A DNA stretch of 63,955 bases, counting the filler, from Reclinomonas americana ATCC 50394 (Eukaryota), in the NCBI GenBank assembly GCA_048213135.1. It is 13 parts of 13 records of this genome, joined end to end, with 100 filler letters (N's around TTAATTAATTAA, not from the genome) between each part and the next. Parts side by side here need not be neighbours in the genome. Positions count along the whole stretch, not along the records: positions 43,176 to 45,880 come from AFZH01019876.1; positions 45,981 to 48,552 come from AFZH01019877.1; positions 48,653 to 60,362 come from AFZH01019878.1; 10 more parts are not named here. One strand, 5' to 3'. How positions within the stretch are numbered: the stretch's first letter is position 1; the number at the start of each line of letters is the position of its first letter. Below the pieces are notes generated by a model. That model was not told where the DNA came from and made no database searches. It saw nothing but the letters and a program-made list of their open reading frames with translations. A program made the position numbers and the translations under genes. This document shows, piece by piece, positions 45,641 through 55,971 of the stretch.

Positions 45641-45990
45641 GAGGGGAGCAGTGAGTCAAGGACGACAAGAAGGAAAGGATGGGAGAGGAAAGAGGAGGAG
45701 AGGAACGAGGAGAGGAACGAGGAGGAGAGGAACGAGGAGACGAGGAGACGAGGAACGAGGAGGAGAGGAACGAGGAGAAGTGGAACGAAGAGGAGAGCAA
45801 CGAGGGGGAGGAGAGCAACGAGGGGGAGAGGAGCAACGAGGGGGAGAGGAGCAAGGAGGAGAGGAGCGAGGAGGAGAGGANNNNNNNNNNNNNNNNNNNN
45901 NNNNNNNNNNNNNNNNNNNNNNNNTTAATTAATTAANNNNNNNNNNNNNNNNNNNNNNNNNNNNNNNNNNNNNNNNNNNNCCGACGATTT

Positions 45991-48372
45991 TTATTTCGAT
46001 TTGAAGAAGGATGAAATGGACTTGCAGTTTTTGGCGGCATCTGCGGCCTTTTTCTGCGTTTTTGATTGTGTGCCGGAGGAGGAGGCGGCAGAGGCCGCTG
46101 CGGACTTTTTCTGCAAGGAAACGAGCGAGAGTAAGGGCGCGTTTTCTGCGTTGAGAAGTTGTCTCTGATTGCAGTTTTTTCGGAACTTTGTGTGCCTCTT
46201 CCTTGACTTCTCCTCTCGCCTTCTTCGCTCCACGTTCTGATCTTCTCCTTGTTTGCCCCCATTCTAACCTCTCCATTCCCTTCTCCCCTCGCTTCTCTTC
46301 TTTCTTTAACTGTCGCCTCTCTCATTCCTCCAGTCGCTTCTATCACTTTCCTGCTCCTTCTCCACTCTCAGTTCCCATATTCCTTCCTTCTCCCCTCCCT
46401 TCTTCCTTCCTTCACCTCTCACATTCCCAGTCAGTTCTTCTCCCTCCTTTCAACCTTCTTTCCTTTGCTCTCTTCTCCCCTTTCGCATCGCTACTCCCCC
46501 ATTTCCCCTCACTTCCCCTCCCCCTTCCCCTCGCTTCCCCAGTTAGTTCTTCGCCCCTCTTTCCACTTCGCTTCACCACTCGCATCCACATCGATTCTCT
46601 TCTCCCTTCTCCTTCCGGCTCCCCTCACACCTCTGCTCACTTCTCCTATCCCTTCTCCCGTCTCCCCCTTCTCCCATCTACTCCTTCCCCTTCTCTTCTC
46701 CCTTCTCCCTTCACTCCTTCCCTCCTTTACCCCCTCCATTCCTCCCTACTCCCCTCCCCCTTCCCTCCCCCCCCCTTCTCCCTCTTCCGCAAACCTTCCC
46801 ATCTGCAGCCTTGGTGTTGGCCTTCTTCTTTGGTTGCTCGCCATCATCCTCCCCATCATCGTGCGCACGCTTCCGACTGCCACTGCCACTGCCCGCCGCT
46901 GATGCTGCTGTTGTTGTCTCGCTCTCGTCCGCCAGCGGCGCTCCATAGTCGCTGGCACTCGGACGATGACCGCCACCCGCCATCCACGGCATGCTACGCG
47001 GCAGTGTAAAAATTAGCAACGCGAAAAGGAGAGTGCACAAGCGCACGAAACGCACCCAGTCTTGGCGCACAGCTTCTCCATCCACACCGCCGGCACGTAC
47101 TCTGCCAAGAAGTGCACGGCCTCCTCGCGCACCTCCTCCAGTCCGCGAATCACACCATCCACCGCGCGCCCCTCATCCACCCGCTGCTGCTCAAAGGCAA
47201 AGCATCGGGAGACAAACTTCTCGAACTGCACACCCACCCAGCGTGAGCACAGGATCTTTGCACGCGAAAAGAGAGCGGTTCTACCTTTGCCTGCAACCAC
47301 GCCAGCGCGCGCTCCTCACTGAACCGATAGACAACGCACTCGGCTCCGACGCGCTTCATCTCACACACTCGCTGCAAGCGCAGCGCCGGGCACCCTCGCA
47401 ACGCCGCACACTTGCCCGTCACCACCTGCTCCTCGGGCAGAAAGAACGCCCCGCCCGCCTCCAAGTGCGGCAACAGCACAAAGAGCGGGTCGATGGGGGT
47501 CGCCAGAATGCAGCCCGTGTCGCCGGCCATTACATCGCCAAACAACCAGGAGCCGTACTTGGGCCGGCACTGTTGCAGCTCCAGCAGTTGGCGCGTGGGG
47601 GAGGAGAGGAGGAATTGGTGCGCGAGGCCGGTGACCGGGTGGGGGAGGTCGAGGAGGTGGGCGGAGAGCGCGGTTTCTGAGGGGGTTAGAAGGGAGAGAG
47701 TGAGGGGAGGGAGAAGGGAGGGGGAAGGAGGAGAAGGAGGAGGGAGGGAGGATGAGAAAGAGATGGAGAAGAAGAAGGAGGAGAAGCAGGAGAAGAAGAA
47801 GGGGGAGAAGGTGGAGGAGGATGAGAAAGTGAAGGACAAGAAGAAGAGGAACAAGAAGACAATCAGGACGGAGAGCAAGAAGCAGAAAAAGAAGAAGAAG
47901 AAAAAGAAACTGAAGGAAGACAAGAAGGAGGAGGTGGAGAAGGTGAAAGGGGAAAGAAGGAGGAGAACGAGGAGGAGGAGGAGAAGGATGAGAAGGAGGG
48001 GGGAGAATGACGAGGAGAAAGAGAAGAACATGAAGAAGAAGAACAAGAAGACGATGAAGACGGAGAGAAAGAAGAACAAGGAGGAGGACAAGGTGGAAGA
48101 GGAGGAGAAGAAGAACGAGGAGGACGAGGAGGTGGATAAGGTGAAGGGGGGAAACAAGGAGGAGAACGAGGAGGAGGAGGAGGATGAGAACAAGGGGGAG
48201 AAGGTGGAGGAGGACGAGAAAGAGAAGAACAGGAAGAAGAACAAGAAGATAATGAAGACGGAGAGGAAGAAGCAGAAGAAGGAGGAGGACAAGGCGGAGG
48301 AGGAGGAGAAGAAGAATGAGTAGTCCAAGAACAAGGAGAAGAGGAGCAAGAAGAAGAATAAGAGCAAGAATA

Positions 48373-48403
<31 letters not shown>

Positions 48404-48448
48404 GCAATGAGAGTGCGCACCTGGGAGAATGAGCAGTCGCGCGGCCAT
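45991..48448 (-). CDS. RNASEH2B: Ribonuclease H2 subunit B
   Basis: MAARLLILP|..LPHPVTG..LLELQ..GSWLFGD..ATPIDPLFVLLPHL..VYRFSEERALAWLQAK; C-terminal PIP-box-like KSISSFFKSK*. Confidence 0.92.
47690..48405. repeat. Purine-rich low-complexity tract in RNASEH2B intron 1, with a degenerate ~195-bp unit in about three copies
   Basis: gggggagaaggtggaggagga.gagaaag.gaag.aca.gaagaaga..aacaagaaga..at.a.gacggagag recurs at ~47801, ~48000 and ~48194. Confidence 0.75.
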
Positions 48449-48478
48449 GGAGGGGTTTGCAGTGATTGAGATAAAGAA

Positions 48479-48487
48479 GGCGGGAAA
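48479..48487 (-). promoter_or_regulatory. E2F-consensus site (TTTCCCGCC) just upstream of RNASEH2B
   Basis: GGCGGGAAA on + lies about 30 nt upstream of the ATG at 48448; a short motif, so chance occurrence is possible. Confidence 0.35.
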
Positions 48488-48652
48488 AGAAGAGTGAGTC
48501 ACTCTTTTATGTCTCTCTCTCTCTCTTTTGCGATTGTGATGGAGCGCGCTTCNNNNNNNNNNNNNNNNNNNNNNNNNNNNNNNNNNNNNNNNNNNNTTAA
48601 TTAATTAANNNNNNNNNNNNNNNNNNNNNNNNNNNNNNNNNNNNNNNNNNNN

Positions 48653-48698
<46 letters not shown>

Positions 48699-48809
48699 AC
48701 ACACACACACACACACACACCCACCCACCCCCCCACCCACCACACACACACTGCACACACACACACTCACTCTCTCTCTCTCTCTCTCTCTCTCTGTCTG
48801 TCTGTGAAG

Positions 48810-49216
48810 AGCGGTGATTGGCACTGGCAATGGTGCAGTGCAGTCGATTGAGCTGCTACCTGCGCGTCGACTTGCGTATCCTGTGCGCGATCGAGGTGCG
48901 CGCACTGGTGCCGCAAAGCTGCGAGAAGGTAAGAGTGAGAGAGATGCGTTGCTGTGTGTGTGTGTTGTGTCACTCACTTGTGTGCAGGCCGCTATGCATT
49001 CATGCGCTATGTGGCGCCGCCGGATAGTGTGGCCGAGGTGTCGCGTTTGGCGCGCATTGATGAGCGTGTTGTGCGCGAGGTGATTGCTGTGTGTCTCTCT
49101 CTTACTCATTCACTGTGTCTCTCTCTCACACACTGCGTGCTGCTGTGCAGATGACGGTCAAGCAGACAGACGCAGCGCCTCCAACGACTGCACCGCCGCC
49201 ACCTGCTGACAAGTGA
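48810..49216 (+). CDS. MRPS6: Bacterial-type ribosomal protein bS6 (probably mitochondrial), 5'-partial, three exons visible
   Basis: GAVQSIELLPARRLAYPVR..LRE|GRYAFMRYVAPPDSVAEVSRLARIDERVVRE|MTVK matches the bS6 pattern G.R.LAYPI..EG.Y..V.R; TGA at 49214-49216. Confidence 0.85.
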
Positions 49217-49272
49217 TCGCGCGCACGCGTGTGTGTGTTTTGAATGCAGTATAGAATGCCGATCGTCTTTCA

Positions 49273-52200
49273 TTAGCGGAACAGCAGCTGCACGACAAAG
49301 GGGATGGTGTGTGTGAAGATGAGTGGTGTGGTGGTATCGCGTGGAAGCAGGTCGGAGAGCGCGGCTGTGGGTTGGACGGTGGGCGGTAGGTCGGGTTTGG
49401 CGGTGCTGTCGACGAGGTGCACGCGTGCGGCCAGTGTTGGATCGTGTCCCAGGCGCAGGAGGAGCAAGCAGAAGACGGCGTCGGGGTCGCCGTGTGTGTA
49501 GAGGACGTGGAGGAGGCGCTGTGCGGCGTCGCGTACTTGTTCGTGTTGTCGGTCGTCGAGGCAGAAGATGAGATGGTCGACGAGGTCGCCCGCTGCCTCG
49601 GCGGCGAGTAGTTCGGCGGTGGTGGCGGCGTAGGCGAGCAGCTCCAGTGTTGAGCAGAGGAGGCGGTGGCGGAAGGAGAAGCGCTCCGTGTCGTCGGCGG
49701 TGGCGAGCACCGGCACCATTTGCATGTCGGGTCGAAGGCGCTCCTTCTTCTTCTTGCGCGACGGACCGCTGCGCACCGGCCGAGTGAGACAAAGAATCGC
49801 ACGCGCGGGGTAAGGAGTTTGTGCTCGTACAGTACCTTGACGCCGCGGCGGGTGGCACAATGTTTCGCAACTCCGCCATGGTGAGCAGAGAACTGGAGGC
49901 CGACGACGCCGAGGCCGCCGTCGCCTGCTGCTTCAGGCGTTGCGAGTACAAATCGCGCTCGCGACGAAGCACGCCGAGCAGCGTCGGCAGCAAGTCGCGT
50001 GAGAAACGCTGGTGCATGAACTCGCCGCCGGCGGCACGCACAATCGAGTGTACGAGGGTGACGGCGGCGAGTCGCACCGGTCGTTCATCGGCACTCTGTG
50101 TGTGAGCACAAGTCGTGAGCAACTAACTGCTGGCCACAAATCGAGGAGCTCGATGCAGCGCACCTCCAGACGACGGCACACATGTGGCCACAATCGCGGC
50201 ACGGTCGGTCGGCTGGTGCGCGGGTACTGCAGGAGACAGGCGGAGAGCGCCCGATCCAGCAGCGACAGTGTGCTCACGCGCACACGCACCGCCGGGTGAC
50301 CAATAAAGTGTTGTAGCTTGTCGACCACCTTGCGACACAGCTCCGCCACCGCACTGGGTGCGGGCGCGGCAGCCGTCGGGTCGTCGCTCTCCTCGGGTTC
50401 CGGAAAGGCAGGCGCGCACACGGCGAGGTAGTCGATCATGTTGCGCAGAGCGCCGAGAAACGCGAGCAGTGCTGCTTCGCGATGGTACACGTCGTCCAAC
50501 GACAGCATCACCGTGTCGATGGTGTCGGCCACCAGCGGCAGGCTGCGAGCGGCAGCCTCGGCCGTCGCCATTGACGTTGCATCCAGGCACGCCAAGGCCG
50601 CCTGCAACGCCGTGACGGCACCACTGGAGATGTCGTTGAATCTGCGTAAAGGAGGTGAGGAAGCATGGTGTGATGCATGCGACGAGTGTGTGCACGTTGC
50701 GCAACTTGAGGTTGCGGCACACGACATCGATAATGTAATCGAGGTTGTCGCGCATCAACTGCGACACGCCCTCAGTGCATCCCGTGGCAACAGCAATGCG
50801 TGCCAGCGTGGCCCTGCACCATTAGCAGGTGAGTGTGTCTCCCCCTTCGAGTCCAATTACACCGACCGTGCTCTCAATCGCTCACCTGGCACTCTCTGCC
50901 ACACGCGCATCCACCGCCTGCGACCACTCGAGCACCACGCACAGCAAGTGGCGCAGCTTGCGCGCAAACCGAGCTCCCATCACCAGTGCGACATTGCCGA
51001 TGCCTTCCAGAGCGATCGCTCGGCAGTAACTCGTCACGGCCACCGAGTGCGCTGTGGCGGTCGTACAACCCGCTGTCAGTTGCAGAATTGTGCGATGAGA
51101 AAGACAAGCACACAAACACACACACCAGAAGCCGTCTCTGCAGTCGATTCCGACAGGCGACCAGTGTCGACAAACTCATCCAGCAACATATCCAACACTC
51201 CTGCGCACGGTGAGCACGACAGCAAGGCAGAAGAGAGAGAGAGGGTATGGACGACGACTAACCCGACTCTGCGCGCACGCCACTGGCCACAGCTGCGAGT
51301 ACCGTCAGCGCTGCGGCGCGATCAATGGACCTGCCGACGACAAAAAAAGTCGGCACACAAGAATGAAGAGCCCATCTGCAATCGACACTCGAACGCAACG
51401 TGTGCTGCACAACCTCCATGCACAGGGTACGCGCGACCGATCCCGGTGCGTTGCCGAGAGAGCGACACAACTCGACAGCGCACTGCACGGTGTTTGCGTC
51501 GCGCGTGTTCACAAAGAATTTGCGTGGATACGACGGAAGCGAGGGTGACGATGAGCTCGCGCCACCGTCACTCACTGCCGAGCAGAGCAGCGTCAGGACT
51601 CGTGTGCAAAAAACGATGGAAATAACGTGCAGCAGCACAACACACCTCCTGCCGGCAGCACTTCTTCCACGTGTACCAGAGCCGACTCGTCGAGATCCGG
51701 CTGCAGCGCGAGGCACAATGTGCGCGATAACCTCGTCACCACGGTCGGCAAAACGTCGTTCAACGACGGGCCCAGCAGCTGCACGTAGGCACGCAGCAGG
51801 AGCAATGACTGACGCTTCTCCTCCTCCGAGAGTGACACACGCAGGCACTTGGCGAGATCAAACTGCAGCTGGTGGACGCGCTCCGCAACAATGGCAGCCA
51901 ACGTGCCCGTGGTCGACTGCCCAACTCAGGCGATGAGTGCATTGTTAAGCATCCTCAACCACACAGCGGGTACACAAACCCCCTGGGAGACGGCGGTTGC
52001 GAGGCGCTCCAACTCGGCCCGACAGCGACTGCCGAGTGTGGAATCATGGTCAGCGGTCGAACCGAGAATAATCAGATCGAGGGCCGGTGGCAAGCATGCC
52101 GCCAGTGAGCGTTGACATGAGTGGACAAGCGACACTGCCAGCTCTGTGAGAGCCAGTCGCACACGCACATCAGAGGCCGAGTAGTGCGCGAGACTGCAAG

Positions 52201-53704
52201 AGGGTGATGAGGTCATTGACTCCTCCACAGAATTCGCATGCACAGACCTGAGAGCTTGCTGCAGAACCTTGCCGAGGCGGGCCGCCGTCTCCGCCACCCA
52301 CCGCTCATCAACGCGTACTTGCGGAAGACGTGACTTGTCATCCGAAAACGACGACGGCGTCTCCGCGCGGTTCGCCGACGACGATCCACCACCACCACCA
52401 CCACTGTCCAGCAAGCCCATCATGCGCATCTCATCGACGAGACTGTCAAACGAAGTCGGCGCCCGTGCCGACGGCAACAGCGTTTGCACGGCCTCGTCTG
52501 ACAGCACTCGCAGCACCGTGCGTCGCATAATGTCCACTGCATGCAACAAGAAGAAGGTGAGATGCGAGGATATAAAACTCCGTCACCGCCGTGCCACTCC
52601 TCACACACCGGCCTTGGCGCGTGCTGCCGAGGCCACAGTCACCGACGGCACCTGTGCGGCCAGCAGTCGAAGAGCCGACACGATGCCAGGGAGTGCGCCG
52701 ATCAAGTGCACCTGTCGCACCCACTCGTTGCCACACAGGGCGGCCACCACATCCAGCGCCGTCTCCAGCACTGCGCCAAACGCGAGTGAGCCACGAGACG
52801 CACACACCAAGCACACGACTGACGACACACCTTCACGCGCCACACCCGTGCCCGTGCCGTGTCGCGACTGCGCCGCCTGTCGACACACGCCGAGAGCGGC
52901 CGTCAAGAACAGTGCATGAGAGCCCTGCAGCCGCTCGTCTGCGAACGCCAGCGCATGTGAGCAACTGCTGCCTTTTGCAGCTGCCTCTCTCTTGTTCGCA
53001 CACGCACCATGCGCTGCCGGGTCCAGCTCCGTCAGCCTCTCATCGCTCAGCGCCCGACCAAACGAAGTCAGAAACTGGGCGACTGCGGCGAGCGTGGCCA
53101 GCTGCAGCTCCTCCAACGAGGTGCCGGCCTTGGATCCTGTTGTCCGCATAAGACATGAGCACAGTGTGGGGGGGGTGTGCGAGGAAGGGCACCAAGGGTA
53201 CCATCGGGTGCGCTGGAGAATGTCTCGCGAGTCAACAACATGAGCATCTCTGCAGTCATCCACAGCGCAGGATCCGGAGGCGGTGGCAGTGCAGAGTCTG
53301 CAGAGGCCACCAGCAGGGCTCGGAGACACGACAGTCCACTTTCACGCACGCGCAGAGGGCACTTGCTGCTTCCCGAGTGTGTGAGGAGAGAGAGAGATTG
53401 ATGGAGGAGAGAATGCATGCGCACACACCGCTCAAGGCACACAAAACGCAGTGGAAGCAACACGTACTCGTATGCTCCACGCATCATGTCCACAGGCGAT
53501 GATTGCAGGAGGGCAGTGAGCGCCTGCAAGTGCGACAGCACAGTTGCTGTGTGACGAGTTTCCTTGAGAGATGAGAGAGGATCGCACTCTTCTCATACAC
53601 ACACACGCACCTGCTGAGGAGGCATCACCTGCGCGCACCATCTGCGACACGGCCTCGAGTAGAGGCACGCATGTGAGTCGCAGAGTGGGAAAGCGTGCGT
53701 CCAT
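49273..53704 (-). CDS. TTI1: TELO2-interacting protein 1 (TTT complex HEAT-repeat protein)
   Basis: N-terminal FPTLRLTCVPL..YEYVLLPLRFV; SLEELQLA; LPGIVSAL; EEEKRQSLLLLRAYVQLLG; LMRDNLDYIIDVVCRNL; PTVPRLWPHVCRRL; GEFMHQRF; DPDAVF. Confidence 0.9.
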
Positions 53705-53758
53705 GCACTTGTCGACCACTTGTCAATGATTGAAGAAGGGAGGACGGACGAGGACAAC

Positions 53759-55846
53759 TCAAGTGTACATTGGCGCAGCAGTGGGCGGTGGAGGAAGCAC
53801 AAGCGCAGAGTCTGCACAGTGCATCTCTTCTTCCTCTCCAACCTCTTCCTCCTCGTCCTCCTCGCCTTCCATCGGCTGTGCTGGTGGTGGTGGCGGGGGC
53901 GGAGGGCCGCCGGCACTCGGATCTTCGCAGATCTGCATCCACTTGTGTCGAGGGCGGCCCGGCTCGGCCCATCTGCACACAGAGGATGAGCAACAAAAGA
54001 GGTTGTTGCATCGGCGGCAGGCAAACAAACGCAACAGTTCCAGCATCGACAGCGGCTCGACGTACGGCAACATGGTCTCCAGAATTTCGTACCCACAGAG
54101 TGGTTTCCTCTCGCCGCCATCTGCAAAGCAACGACCCGTGAGTGGCACTATGCCTGCTGCCTTGACATCAAGCCACACTGACCACTGGCCACTTGCACAA
54201 AATCGAAAAACACGTCGGAGCTGGCTTGATTGTTCAGCTCCAGTTCCGAGTCCTTGGCTTTCGAGGCCTGCAGCACACATTCAGCAGCATATAGTCACAC
54301 CATCATCGCTCGACACACGCGACTCAACTTGTCGAAACATGAACATGGTGAGATGGGAACGCTGGAAGAACCGCGACGGCTGCATCTCAAACGTGTCGTT
54401 GGCGCGCAGCTTGATCCACGCCATGTTCTCCACATACGTGAAACCAATCTCCTCCATCAAGTCGAACGTCTGCCACGATTGTTCAGCGCACCCCACTACA
54501 CGCAGAGACACACTCGCTCAAAACACACTGCACCTCCATGATGAAATGCTTCTCCAGCCAGATGCAAATGTAGCCGCGAGGAACAACACGCTGCAACTGA
54601 AGTGGTCTCTGCCAGCAGCACAACGCATGTCAGCACGGAACAAATTCCCTCTCTATTCCCATGCCGCCACGCACCAGCCACGACGGTACAAAGCCCTTGT
54701 GCATCGGCGGATTGATGAGCACGACGTTAAAGTCGCGTCCGAGTGTGGCGAGATCAAATGCGCGGACGTCGGGAACCGTGTGGCATCTGTGCACATGGCA
54801 GTGAGACTGCCGATCGCGAAGCATCTCCTGCCAATGGAAGGAGACGACGCACTGATACGGTTCTGCCACGGGTGGTGGTCGGGAGGAGAACGGTTGGACG
54901 GTGAAACCCCACGTGAACGGCAGCGGTTCCTTGTCGACATTGGGCAACTGCGTGCGCTCCGGCTGGAACCCAGTGTCGTGCGTCTCCACTTCGGTGCTGC
55001 ACCTATCGTCAGAACACGTGCACAAAGCAACCTTGTGGCAAGCAGCACGCACCCCACACGCTTGCGAAAGGCAAACGGACGACCACGAGCGTCGGTGAAC
55101 AGCGCACCACCACGCATGTTCTTCACCGACGACTCCTGCATGGAACCACTCGACGCCCTGCCTCGCAGACTTCCACCCTTGCGTCTCCGTCGCGCCCGAT
55201 CCATATCCGCCTCCTCGTCTACCTCCACCGGCAGCACATCCTCGTCGACCCACCTGACACGCACCTCGTTGAGCGCACTGCCAACAAGCCAACAAACGAA
55301 GAGCCACTCCAGTCTCACATTGCCGCGCTGTCATCACTGTAGAAGCCCTCCTCATCGTCCATGATCGCTGCCGACGAAGTCGCACGTCGCATCGTCGACT
55401 TGTGCGTTTGCTCCTCCAGCGCGGCCAGTGTCTCCGGAGTCACATACGAAGTCTGCTGGAAGCACAGTTGCTGGAACTCGGCATCCTCCTGTCTCACACG
55501 TGAGCGCAAGACACGCATAGAGGAAAGGCACACACAGTCTCTGACCTCGCGGTTAATGTCCTCGGGCTCTGTGCTTCCGCGTGTGAGACAACTGATCATC
55601 ATCTTTCTCTCTCTCTCTCTCTGTCTTACTCTCACCTATGCCGCGTTCTCGTGCCAGTTGTTCAGCAATCTGATCGGCGATCTTGAACTTGAGCGCCACC
55701 ATCTCGGGTGACTCTTGATCGAGAGCATAGCCGAGCCAAAAGATGCTGAGAGAGAGTGAGCAAGACTGTGTGTGCACTCTTTCTCTCTCTCTGTGCGCCC
55801 ACCTTGGTGCCGTGTTTTCGTGACGCGTCTTTCTCCTCGTCTGCAT
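53759..55846 (-). CDS. MT-A70 family protein, MTA9/AMT6-7-like
   Basis: GYALDQESPEMVALKF; DVRAFDLATLGRDFNVVLINPPM (NPPM in place of DPPW); GYICIWLEK; GFTYVENMAWIK; SRFFQRSHLTMFMFR; ELELNNQASSDVFFDFV; RKPLCGYEILETMLP..MLEL..WAEPG..W. The MT-A70 call is firm; the subfamily is less certain. Confidence 0.85.
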
Positions 55847-55971
55847 TCGTGTTTGTGTTGTAACCTTCCCGCGTTTTCCATGGGAAACGGGACGCTTCAC
55901 TCTTACATTTCTTTTTTTTCCGGTGTTTTTTCTTTTCCCCTTCGTGCGCTACATGCAGCAGCCGTGCCTCG

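Noticed and set aside
47412..48323. 303-aa Lys/Glu-rich plus-strand ORF, and similar long ORFs at 33894-35522 (middle part), 44101 and 46188
   Set aside because: They arise from stop-poor low-complexity intronic tracts inside recognisable genes.
53730..55364. 544-aa plus-strand ORF, also 50438-51625, 57860-59098 and 38096-39202
   Set aside because: These are antisense shadows of the MT-A70, TTI1, IFT121 and ZIP4 genes, with no independent motifs.
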